DNA of 63,346 nt, filler included, from Octopus bimaculoides (lineage: Eukaryota): assembly GCF_001194135.2 (NCBI RefSeq). It is 8 parts of 7 records of this genome, joined end to end, with 100 filler letters (N's around TTAATTAATTAA, not from the genome) between each part and the next. Parts side by side here need not be neighbours in the genome. Positions count along the whole stretch, not along the records: positions 14,297 to 23,392 come from NC_069000.1; positions 23,493 to 26,661 come from NC_068988.1; 6 more parts are not named here. One strand, 5' to 3'. This document shows, piece after piece, positions 14,241-25,269 of this stretch. Below the pieces are notes generated by a model. That model was given only the letters and a program-made list of their open reading frames with translations. It was not told where the DNA came from and did no database searches. The translations under genes and the position numbers were made by a program. Position 1 is the stretch's first letter; each line of letters starts with the position of its first letter.

Positions 14241-14252
14241 TTAATTAATTAA
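14241..14252. other. Assembly gap spacer TTAATTAATTAA inside N runs (also near 23437, 26706, 35385, 43008, 54330, 57694)
   Basis: Identical 12-mer with stops in all frames, centred in about 100-N gaps; artificial. Confidence 0.95.
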
Positions 14253-14454
14253 NNNNNNNNNNNNNNNNNNNNNNNNNNNNNNNNNNNNNNNNNNNNTATC
14301 ATGCTTCTCCAACATACTGAGAATTCAGAAATAGCAGCCAAAGAACTACTGATTCCAAAACTACAAATTTTTCTCTAAATTGATAGCGATATTTATGGTA
14401 CACACAGAACAAAAAAACAGAAGAGAAGAGTAAAAAACAACTTGCCTTTAGTTA

Positions 14455-14515
14455 ATTTAGTACGACGTTTCACAGTTAAGAGCATGAAATACCCCATTCT
14501 GATCTTCAGCTAAAT
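14455..14515 (-). ncRNA. Hammerhead-like motif (long stem II type)
   Basis: ATTTAG-CTGAAGA-TCAG...CTGT-GAAAC-GTC-gta-CTAAAT: core intact, 3-nt insertion before the stem I 3' strand. Confidence 0.45.
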
Positions 14516-14932
14516 ATTCTAATAAATTTGCTAATGTCTAAATAACTCACGTTAATTTTGACCATGCGACATCAAGACCACGTGAGGTAGACATTAAGAA
14601 ATTTATCGGCCAGTGAGTTTAAAATCTCTCACCCTAATGAATTCAATTCAGTGTGCATCATAAATAGTCCCGCATAGAAAAAAGTCCCGTACCTTAGAGG
14701 TATTACTAAAATATAGATATACCGGGCAAGGAATCGTCAATTAGTAATAAGATTAATAATTAACAATTTTGCCGGGTAGTTCAGTATGAAAAAACCTTAT
14801 CGGTAAAACCATTTATAATCATAAATATATAGGGATTGACAGTAACCTGCTTCTCCAACATACTGAGAATTCAGAAATAGCAGCCAAAGAACTACTGATT
14901 CCAAAACTACAATTTTTTCTCTAAATTGATAG

Positions 14933-15000
<68 letters not shown>

Positions 15001-15049
15001 GTATATGGATAATAAAACGAATGATTTACACCTGGTAGCATACTGGTAA

Positions 15050-15363
15050 AGTACTTCACTTTCACAGTGATCGATATGTATATGGCAAATGAAAGACGGA
15101 AGATGGAATATACAGGGCTACAAATCGTCAGAGATCTAGCCATAAATGATAGAACCCAACCCCACGTCCCTCGAAAACCCTGGATTATGCTTAAGGACCA
15201 TAAACTTAACAGATTCCTTTGAGTGAACATTTAGAGAGATGTGCAGGTAATATCCAACAAAACTTCAGTTTTCTCCATCTACCAGTGCAAAGAAATATTT
15301 TCTGTACAAGAACGTTTAAATAAAGAAAATTTGTTCATCGAAAATACAGAACATGTCTAAATA
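15050..15363 (+). mobile_element. Second Penelope-like GIY-YIG remnant (frameshifted)
   Basis: QIPLSEHLERC and YQCKEIFSVQERLNKENLFIE align directly with the 2338-2573 copy. A hammerhead-like core follows at 15646-15678. Confidence 0.7.
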
Positions 15364-15645
15364 TGAACGCATTACCAACTTTGGTCTCAGTATATATTTT
15401 AATTCATGATCACATATCAATCACTGTACATATTTCATCTCACTACTTTAGCTTTTGTGTTTTCGTATATATATTTATACCCTCCGCGAAAAATAAGATA
15501 TTACCTCCCCTGTCCCCAATAATAACGATCACCAATTACTTCCCCTTAGATTTTTCTACTTGTTGAATCATTCTTTCACAAACGTCTCTACACATAACAT
15601 GGATTAAAATCTTCTCAAGTAAATACGAAATTTCAATAATTTCAA

Positions 15646-15678
15646 TGTCCTGATTAGCGAAAGCGAAACCGGTTGATA
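15646..15678 (+). ncRNA. Hammerhead-like motif, core variant CTGATTA
   Basis: TGTC-CTGATTA-GC(GAAA)GC-GAAA-CCGG-TT-GATA; conserved G8 replaced by T. Lies downstream of the GIY-YIG remnant. Confidence 0.4.
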
Positions 15679-15855
15679 AACACAATACTCTTTCACTTAT
15701 AAAATATATTAAAAATATATTAAACTATGTAAACTGTGTGCATTTTCCTTCTTTAATTATATATATTTGTTTGCATTACAACTCACCACATGGGGATAAT
15801 CGAAATTCTCCTCCCATTTTCTTACTATATATATTTGTCAAACACACGTACGCAT

Positions 15856-15989
15856 GATATGTGTTTTGCCAGTTCATGGGCAGGCTACGATTGTAGGCGC
15901 AGGAGAATATATTCTCATGTGTACGTCTACTGTTAAAACACCTTACACCTACAATCGCAGCCTGCTCACGAACCGATAAAACGCATGTC
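15856..15989. repeat. 42-bp inverted repeat (MITE-like hairpin)
   Basis: Arms 15856-15897 and 15948-15989; 8 differences, all transitions. Confidence 0.7.
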
Positions 15990-16147
15990 CAAAGGCTTCC
16001 ATACAGCTTCTCTCTGCCAAATTTCAGTTTGGACATTAATCAAATTGAGGGTAGAGAAGACACTTGTACAAGTTGCTGTTCAGTGGGGCCGAACTCAAAA
16101 TCACATGGTTACTAAACGATTAAAAAAAAGAATACAATTATGCCTGC

Positions 16148-16548
16148 TCTTTTACTCTTTTACTTCTTTCAGTCATTTGACTGTGGCCATGCTGGAGCAT
16201 CACCTTTAGTCGAGCAAATCGACCCCAGGACTTATTCTTTGTAAGCCTAGTACTTATTCTATCGGTCTCTTTAGCCGAACCGCTAAGTTACGGGAACGTA
16301 AACACACCGTATCGGTTGTCAAGCGATGGTGGGGGGATAAACACAGACACACAAACATACACACACATATACATATACATATATACGACGGGCTTCTTTT
16401 TAGTTTCCGTCTACCAAATCCACTCACAAGGCTTTGGCAGGCTCGAGGCTATAGTAGAAGACACTTGCCCAAGGAGCCACACAGTGGGACTGAACCCGGA
16501 ATCATGTGGTTGGTAAGCAAGCTACTTACCACACAGCCACTCCTGCGT
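16148..16548 (-). mobile_element. SINE family B (tRNA-like head AGGAGTGGCTGTGTGGTAAG; internal CA/TA microsatellite)
   Basis: A/B-box-like head, CCTTGGGCAAGTGTCTT body; repeats at 33686, 52560, 27770 and 37910. Confidence 0.88.
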
Positions 16549-17023
16549 TTATATTACTGATGTTTCTTTTTAGAACCCATAGCTGAATAGAGTAGCTTCT
16601 ATACTCGTAGAGCTATTCTTTGGTTCTATGAATTCAACTCGCCTCATATGAGTCTTTCTCTGATATGAAAATAAAGATTTATTACAACTTATTAAATTCT
16701 GTCTAATAGCACAATAGCACAATAGCAGACGAATATGGATAGATTACGTCTTTGATTTCGTTCTACAGTTAAGATTTATTTAATTCTTGACGTAAAATGA
16801 AAAATATCTGACATTTTCATAGCAAATTATATGTTTATGGTTTTCTACAATCTTTCTACTATCTTACAGCGTTCAAAATAACTGTGAAATATCCAAGTTG
16901 ATATTGCTGTTATCATTATTTCTTCTTCTTCTTCTTCTTCTTCTTCTTCTTCTTCTTCTTCTTCTTCTTCTTCTTCTTCTTCTTCTTCTTCTATAAACAT
17001 ACATACGTGCTTTCTACCTCTCT

Positions 17024-17072
<49 letters not shown>

Positions 17073-17432
17073 ACACATATGTACATAGTGATTGAAGATG
17101 GCGGGCAGAAAGCATTAAGGAATTGAGTGATAGGAAGAACTGCAGAAATTGTAAAAAGGAAACGAGTAAAACAAAGAGAATGCAGTAAATAGAAAAAGAA
17201 GATTAAAAGAACGACAGTAGAGAACGTGAGACTTATAGGTAAAATGTACTCCAATGTAATGCTGATGGCGATGTTGGCAGTCGTTGTAGTGGTAGTGAAC
17301 TGAGATTTAGAAGAATTATACAATAGACTAAATATGACGCATTTTCCTCTTGGCGTTCTGGATACTGCCAGCATGCTTATTACTAAACACAACAACAATA
17401 ATAACAGCAGCAACAATAACAACAATAATAAC

Positions 17433-17723
17433 TGTTATAACGTGTGCGTACACGTCGGGTGTAAAACAGCATCAACCAATTAAATATTTGGATGTGGTTA
17501 TCTAAAATAACCTATCGCAGAATTATTATGTTCACACAGAACGCACTCCGTACTACTTGAACGTAGGTACGATGTTAAACCAACTCACGTCGCACTAACA
17601 CAGTAACCGATACAGTCGATCAACGCTGTCAACAGCCGCTGACAGTTCAAACAGTTCTTATTTTATTGAAATCCGTTAGTCTACTTTCAGTCACGTGGCG
17701 GTGCACAAGATTCTCCCATAACA
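17433..17723 (-). repeat. 3' LTR of the Gypsy element
   Basis: Direct repeat of 21353-21643; TG...CA termini. Confidence 0.92.
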
Positions 17724-18206
17724 TCTCTTTTTGAGAATTAAATTCCCATAACGTCTCCCCTTTTTGAGAATTAAACTCCGCATAGAGTTTAATATCTTTT
17801 ATGTTTAGGGTCTAATTCCAGTATTTCCGTTCATTTCCTTTTTCTGGTACTTGAACGTATAGTTTCAATTTGTTTAGGTGTTTGTACCTCAAGCATGTCA
17901 TAAAATACTTCCATGGGGATTTCATCTCTCATGACCGTTTATTCCGTAAATCTGTTTTTTAAGTTGGTTTTTATGGTCGAAATTTTTACCTTTTACCAAG
18001 AATAACACATTTCCAATTTACATTTATTTGTATTATTTACATTTGACGGATATTTGTCCTCATCTTCTGTGCTGTTAACACAACGTTTCGGCTGATATAC
18101 TCTCCAGCCCTAAAATTCACTCTATAATTGCCCACGGGCATATGGCATTGGGGTTAAGAGCACGAGTTACTAACCCAAAGATTCCGAATTAGATTTCAAG
18201 CAGTGA

Positions 18207-18242
<36 letters not shown>

Positions 18243-18264
18243 TAATAATAATAATAATAATAAT

Positions 18265-18912
18265 ACGACAGAGCTGGGACCTATATACACTGGAAGCTAT
18301 GCCAACATTATGGAATAGCAACAGAAAAAAGATGGTATAAACACACGCCAGAAAAGGTCACAGAAAACGAGAAAGCAACCATACTCTGGGATATGCCAAT
18401 ACACACAGATAGAGAAATTAAGGCCAATAGACCAGATATAGTTGTCAAAGATCATGAAGGAAAAAAATGCCTTCTAATTGATGTTTCAATACCAGCAGAT
18501 GNNNNNNNNNNNNNNNNNNNNNNNNNNNNNNNNNNNNNNNNNNNNNNNNNNNNNNNNNNNNNNNNNNNNNNNNNNNNNNNNNNNNNNNNNNNNNNNNNNN
18601 NNNNNNNNNNNNNNNNNNNNNNNNNNNNNNNNNNNNNNNNNNNNNNNNNNNNNNNNNNNNNNNNNNNNNNNNNNNNNNNNNNNNNNNNNNNNNNNNNNNN
18701 NNNNNNNNNNNNNNNNNNNNNNNNNNNNNNNNNNNNNNNNNNNNNNNNNNNNNNNNNNNNNNNNNNNNNNNNNNNGGGTACTGCACACATTCTACGCAAA
18801 ACACTTTCAATACAGTAAACATAAGAGCACCACAGCAAACCACAGCACATACCCAAGGCGCACAGAGCTGCGCTCGGTAGTGAAGTGAAAGCACGTTATA
18901 AAAATAAAACTA

Positions 18913-18916
<4 letters not shown>
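18265..18916 (+). mobile_element. 5'-truncated Dong/R4-clade non-LTR retrotransposon (restriction-like endonuclease C-terminus and 3' UTR)
   Basis: IHWKLCQHY...ILWDMPIHTDREIKANRPDIVVKD...LIDVSIP...GTAHILRKTL is the PD-(D/E)xK RLE signature. Flanked on both sides by (TAA)n, the known Dong target. Central part is in a gap. Confidence 0.8.
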
Positions 18917-18978
<62 letters not shown>

Positions 18979-19037
18979 TATAACAACATCGAAAAAATAC
19001 CTTAAAAATGAGAATCCAGGTTCGAAATTTTCCCCAA

Positions 19038-19083
19038 GACACCTGATGAAGGCTGGAGGGTATATCAGCAGAAGCGTTGTGTT
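19038..19083 (+). ncRNA. Minimal type I hammerhead ribozyme motif (mutated copy)
   Basis: GACAC-CTGATGA-A-GGCTG(GAGGGTATAT)CAGCA-GAAG-C-GTT-GTGTT. This copy has GAAG and a broken stem II closing pair; the inverted copy at about 18076-18109 keeps CAGCCGAAACGTTGTGTT. Confidence 0.65.
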
Positions 19084-21168
19084 AACAGCAAACAAAATGA
19101 GGACAAATACCCGTCAAATGTAAATAATGTAAATAATGTACATAATCCCTCATCTCTCAAATATAGAAATTTCCAATTTGTTTAATAACTACACTGTCCT
19201 CCCACATTTCTTTACTGTTTCTATACATTTTCATGAAAACTTTGTCACGTATGTTGAAAAATTTTGAATTATATTTGTTGTTCACCATTTTTCTATTTTT
19301 TACTCGGTATCAACTGATCAAAGACAGATCTAATCTTTCTAGCGAACATTAATTCCGCAGGTGACTTTCCAGAGTGGGTATTGGGATTAGGTGTTACTCG
19401 GTATACTCTTAGAAATTGTTGAAGTGCAAGGTCTTTCATTACTTCATTGTTCGCCCTTTTTAAAACCCTTTGAAAAGTATCGACAAAACGCTCCGCTTGT
19501 CTTTTTGGCCTCGTATGATACGACGGAGTGGTCACATGTTCGATAAGGAATATTTTAGAAAATTTTTTGAGCTCCTCTGAAATACACTGAGTTCCATTAT
19601 CAGACACGATGTTACCAGGAGTATCATATCTAGCAAAGGATTCGTGTAAAAAGCTTACTGTAATCGCGGATGTTGGCTTTTTACACTTATACAAGTCAGG
19701 CCGCTTAGAAAAATTGTTCTACTACCATTTAGTTTCGAGAAGATTTCCTCTGGGATAGGTAATGGGTAGTTATACTGTCTTAAACATTCGTTTAGTCCTT
19801 TCGAGAAATCAGTACATACACGGATTTTATAGCTCCTCTTTTCTATTGTTGGAGACGCCAAATTTGAATAGTCGATCTTTTCAATCACTCCCATTTTTAC
19901 CAGTCTGTCCACTTACTTATTTACATATTTCAGTGCTGCAAACGGTATATTACTGAAATTCTGCAGTAATGAATTTTCTTTTACCTGAAATTTGGCTTTA
20001 AATTTATTGCCCCGACCCAACTCTTCCGGAAAATATCAGAGAACAACCTTTTCACTGCTCTTTTGAACTTTTCTGACTCTGTATTTGAACTGGCGTACGA
20101 CAAAAATTATTTATGAGTAAATACCATAAGTGGAACAGTTTCATCCATTCAGTTCCAAAAAGTTTGCTTATATTTTTTAATACATAAGCTTTCGCTTTTA
20201 TAGTATTACCGCGAAATATAACGTTACTGATAATTTCGCCTTTAAAAATTAATTTAAACCCCGAAATTCCATCTGTAATCTTCGAGGTTTACTGTAGTGT
20301 AGATTTCCAGATTGTTTTCCAAATGCAATTTTACATTTGTATTATTAATTTTTGCATATACAAAGTTTTTTTTTTGAGTCTCTTTTGTATTCCTCGTCGC
20401 TGATAAACTGTTTACATGATTTTTTCTGTTGAACTGTTTTCTAGGTTTTGTTTTACAATGTAATACTTTTATGACCGATCTTTCCATACTTGAAGCATTT
20501 TCAATTTTTATAAGGACAGTCGAATCTGTAGTGTATTTCTCCACCTCCAAAACATGGATTAATTTTCTGCTTTTCATTTCTTACTTTCGGTCGCACTGGC
20601 TATATGAGAGTAGTTTCTCATTTCAATTCTGCTCTAATTTAGTCAGAATTCGCTTACGAATTTCTGCAACTTTCTTTACCGAATAGCAAGCATTTAAACA
20701 TATCTGGTGTTATTTCATTGATTTTAAATCTCTCGCATTCCCTATTAACGATTCCAGCGCATGTAATAAAATCTTCCTCCTCTTTTATTGTAATATTCAT
20801 GCATTGCTAACGCGTATTAACTAATGAGCTTTTCTCGATGAAAATCTTTGATAGAATATTCCGAATTTCTTTAAAACAGACTTCACCCGGTCTCTTTAGT
20901 AAGATGCAATTGTAATATTTCTCATGCTTAGCTGGTGCCAGCATTCTCAAAAAACCCCGGCTTTTTTCGTCCTGCCAGTCGGAGCATTCTTCTTTAGAAA
21001 TTTCTTCATACCTTCTAAAGTAAGCAGGAGAAGAAAAACCCTCATGTGGGTTATATGTGAACTCTCCGATGGAGAGTGAACAAAATAGACCCATTTTCTG
21101 TTTCTTTCTGTACCAGTCGTACTAACAGTTGCGGTTGCTTCTGAAATTTCAGCAAATGCTGCTGATGT

Positions 21169-21200
<32 letters not shown>

Positions 21201-21352
21201 TTGTTGCTGCCATTGTTGCTGCTGTTGCTACTGTTTTTGTAATTCCAGCAACTCTTGCTGTTGCTGTAATTGAATTACCGAAGCCAGTAAATATTCCATG
21301 TTCGAACAACAATCTGTCCAGCATGAGCTTCGAAGAATCTCGTCACCAAAAA

Positions 21353-21643
21353 TGTTATGACGTGCATGTACATGTCGGATGTAAAATAGTTTTACCCAAT
21401 TAAATATTTGGATGTGGTCATCTAAAATATCCTATCGCAGAATTATTATGTTCATACAGAACGCACTCCGTACTACTCGAACGTAGGTACGATATTAAAC
21501 CAACACACGTCGCACTAACACAGTAACCGATACGGTTGACCAACACTGTCAACTGCCCATGACAGTTCACACAGTTCCTATTTTATCGAAATCCGTTAGT
21601 CTACTTTCAGTCACATGGGGTTGTACAAGATTCTCCCATAACA
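21353..21643 (-). repeat. 5' LTR of the Gypsy element
   Basis: About 31 substitutions versus 17433-17723 by eye (about 89% identity); TG...CA termini. Confidence 0.92.
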
Positions 21644-21661
21644 ACAAATGACATTAATAAT

Positions 21662-22050
21662 AACAATAATAAAAAGTGCACTCAGAAAGCGCAAACTTCC
21701 ACCAAGGCAAGACCAACGTCCTCTCAACGATTAGTCAGAGATGATTTTTAAAATGAGAATATCTGAAATGAACTCGACTGCCTACGCAAACCAGAATACT
21801 AAAATTAAACCCGACCGCTCTCAAAAATTAAGTAAAAAAACCAGGAAAAATAATTCAGAATCCTTGTCCGATTCTAGATTAATCTCAAAATCTAATCAGT
21901 TCGTGCCAGTCACGAGGCTAAAAATCCCTGAAAGTTTTAATCGAATCCACCCAGCAGTTCTTGAGATATTTCGTCCACAGACAAACTAACAAATAAACAA
22001 AAAAACACGACTGAAAACAATACCTCCGCCTTCGCTAAGGCAGATGTAAT
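21662..22050 (+). mobile_element. DINE-1/HINE-like non-autonomous element
   Basis: 5' motif CTTCCACCAAGGC resembles the 3' hairpin CCTCCGCCTT-CGCT-AAGGCAGATG; ACAAAC/ACAGAC tract before the hairpin. Confidence 0.45.
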
Positions 22051-22053
22051 TAT

Positions 22054-22287
22054 TATTTCTCTATTGCCCACAAGGGGATAAACATAGAGGGAACAAACAA
22101 GGACAGACGAACGGATTAAGTCGATTACATCGACCCCAGTGCGTAACTGGTACTTAATTTATCGACCCCGAAAGGATGAAAGGCAAAGTCGGCCTCGGCG
22201 GAATTTGAACTCAGAACGTAACGGCAGGCGAAATACCGCTAAGCATTTCGCCCGGGGTGCTAACGATTCTGCCAGATCGCCGCCTTC
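22054..22287 (-). mobile_element. SINE family A (alternative 3' tail)
   Basis: Flanked by GATGTAATTAT (22043-22053 and 22288-22298); same tail as 54773-54996. Confidence 0.85.
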
Positions 22288-22526
22288 GATGTAATTATGG
22301 CGGATGTAATTATGATAATGATAATTGTCATCATTAACAGCATCATATTTGTTATCATCGTCATTATAATTATAATTATAATCATCCTCATCAGTCTCTT
22401 TAATAATTTTTTTCTTGCAACAAACTGAGATCAGTGTGTTTTTAGTTTATGTAGTATATTTCAGTGTCCCTTTGTTTTTGCTTTTGTAAATGCATGATAC
22501 GTATAATAATAATAATAATAATAATA

Positions 22527-22638
<112 letters not shown>

Positions 22639-23087
22639 CTTATAATCAAATTAATTTTAAAACAAATTTTTAATTTTCTTATGTTTTGACACATTTTCTA
22701 GAACAATACTCTGTGCAAAAACGAAAAATATGGCACCCTAGTCATAATACCGACTTGGACTTCTAACTTGTCTCTTGATGTCTCTGGGTGAGACTTGGAG
22801 TCAACGTTTTAATCTGTAAACATTGCCAAAAGTACTTTTAAATGTACATAATAGCAAACACCTTTTACTGTCATCTTAACATCACAAATTATATCCAAAT
22901 TGCTTTTAAAACAAACTTCTAAGTTAGTTAATGTTGTGACAGACATTCTCTAGAAAAACTCTGTGCAAAACCAAAAGTATGGCACCCTAGTATTAACACC
23001 AACTTGAACATTTAACTTGTCTTTTGTGGTCTCTGGGTAAAACTTGGAGTCAAATTGTACAAATACGAAGCAAAAAAACCAAACATA

Positions 23088-23113
23088 TCTATATATATAA
23101 AAATGAGAATGTG

Positions 23114-23149
<36 letters not shown>

Positions 23150-23392
23150 CGTGTGAATCCCTAAAACTCGAGAACTACGCAACCAATTTCATTCAAATTT
23201 TACACATGCCTTACTTAGGGTTCCAGTTGTGTTTTAGTCAAAAAAATTTTAACTTCTTGCAGAGTTCGAGCCCACAGCAACATAATATCTCCTCCACTAT
23301 TTAAGTATTACGTGTCAAAAGTGAAACAAAAACACTCATGTCAAATACTTTCACTTTAAAAATGAAACTATTCTACTAACTGAAACAATCAC
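23088..23392 (+). mobile_element. Non-autonomous Helitron 5' portion
   Basis: Begins A|TC TATATATATAAAA followed by a (GTCT)n tract, the typical Helitron-N 5' organisation; runs into a gap. Confidence 0.6.
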
Positions 23393-23492
23393 NNNNNNNN
23401 NNNNNNNNNNNNNNNNNNNNNNNNNNNNNNNNNNNNTTAATTAATTAANNNNNNNNNNNNNNNNNNNNNNNNNNNNNNNNNNNNNNNNNNNN

Positions 23493-23535
<43 letters not shown>

Positions 23536-23741
23536 CACATATGCATGTTTGTATACACACGCACACACACACATGTACACACACAAGAGTACAGAGAAAA
23601 ACAGTCAGGTACATATATATATATTAGTTCTTTAGAATATACCATTATATACATTGTTCAACGATCTATGTATGCAACAATGTGAGTGTTGTGTGTGTGT
23701 GTGTATGTGTGCGTGCGTGTGTATATGTGTGTGTATGCCTG

Positions 23742-23794
<53 letters not shown>

Positions 23795-24470
23795 ATGTAT
23801 GTATATATGTCATACTAATACATTCTATATACACGTCCTTCTCTTTTCATTATTGTTACTTTTAATGTTTACTTATTCGATTTGACTATGTATACACATA
23901 TTTGGATGTATGTATTGGTATAAATATGTCAATGTGAGTATGCATAAGCCTATTATAATATTGTAATGTCTGTATGAAAATGTGTGTAAGTATATTTGAA
24001 ATAAAGAAAATAATTAGCAACGGGATTTAAAGAATGACTGCATCAAAAACTGAAGTATTTAAACTTCTCACCTTGTGAAATGCAAACGTAACGTTGAATT
24101 TAAAGTTAATTGGTATGAGGCAGAACAGATATCACACGATAGTATATATCACGTCCTGATATACTCACACTTCTGGTAATTCCCCGTCATAGACTCCGAC
24201 ACACATGCGTACATACATACTTTGTTAATAAAGCTGCTAAGCACCACAAGAACTTTTAGTTTCACGTTCCCATTCATCGGACAGTTTTAGTTGAGAATCA
24301 TATACGTAAATACATACATACTTACATACATACATATATATATGTGTGTGTGTGTATGTGTGTGTATAAGTGTGTGTATGTTTGTATGTATGCGCATACA
24401 TATATACATACACATATAAACAAGTACATACATATAGATATATGTATGTATTTTTGTATTTATGTATCTA

Positions 24471-24517
<47 letters not shown>

Positions 24518-25230
24518 ATCTATCTATCTATTTATTTATTTATCTAAATCTTTTTGTTATTAACCATGTAGTTTCCATAGTAGTAACGATATACTGGTAA
24601 ACGATTGTAGATTTATGAAATAAAACGAATTACACTTTTTTGGTAATATTTATATAGTTTATACATATGTGTATAGGCATATATATATGCATACATATAC
24701 ACACATATATATATGTAAATATATATATACNNNNNNNNNNNNNNNNNNNNNNNNNNNNNNNNNNNNNNNNNNNNNNNNNNNNNNNNNNNNNNNNNNNNNN
24801 NNNNNNNNNNNNNNNNNNNNNNNNNNNNNNNNNNNNNNNNNNNNNNNNNNNNNNNNNNNNNNNNNNNNNNNNNNNNNNNNNNNNNNNNNNNNNNNNNNNN
24901 NNNNNNNNNNNNNNNNNNNNNNNNNNNNNNNNNNNNNNNNNNNNNNNNNNNNNNNNNNNNNNNNNNNNNNNNNNNNNNNNNNNNNNNNNNNNNNNNNNNN
25001 NNNNNNNNNNNNNNNNNNNNNNNNNNNNNNNNNNNNNNNNNNNNNNNNNNNNNNNNNNNNNNNNNNNNNNNNNNNNNNNNNNNNNNNNNNNNNNNNNNNN
25101 NNNNNNNNNNNNNNNNNNNNNNNNNNNNNNNNNNNNNNNNNNNNNNNNNNNNNNNNNNNNNNNNNNNNNNNNNNNNNNNNNNNNNNNNNNNNNNNNNNNN
25201 NNNNNNNNNNNNNNNNNNNNNNNNNNNNNN

Positions 25231-25269
<39 letters not shown>

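Larger units (their letters stand above)
18020..19168 (+). mobile_element. Composite tRNA-head/(AAT)n/hammerhead-tail non-autonomous retroelement with inverted 5' tail copy
   Basis: 11-bp TSD ATTTCCAATTT (18009-18019 and 19169-19179). Contains inverted partial tail about 18020-18109, tRNA-like head 18136-18211, (AAT)n, and tail 18988-19168 with a hammerhead core. Related copies at 46281-46570 and 57960-58195. Confidence 0.8.
17433..21643 (-). mobile_element. Gypsy/Ty3 LTR retrotransposon, internally deleted and decayed
   Basis: Two 291-bp LTRs (TGTTAT...ATAACA). PBS-like TGGTGACGAG just inside the 5' LTR (21335-21348) and purine tract before the 3' LTR. Remnants of gag (20807-21324), protease (20254-20577), RT N-half (19655-19912) and integrase core SDNGTQ..AERFVDTF (19293-19694). 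Confidence 0.93.

Noticed and set aside
14302-14938. 91-bp direct repeat (14302-14392 and 14848-14938)
   Set aside because: The first copy abuts a scaffold gap; cannot be distinguished from an assembly overlap.
16991-17425. 144-aa hydrophobic ORF with FSLLYNSSK resembling the NRF-6 FSxxxNxxK motif
   Set aside because: Lacks the GIR, W and GH motifs; hydrophobicity follows from strand purine bias and microsatellites.
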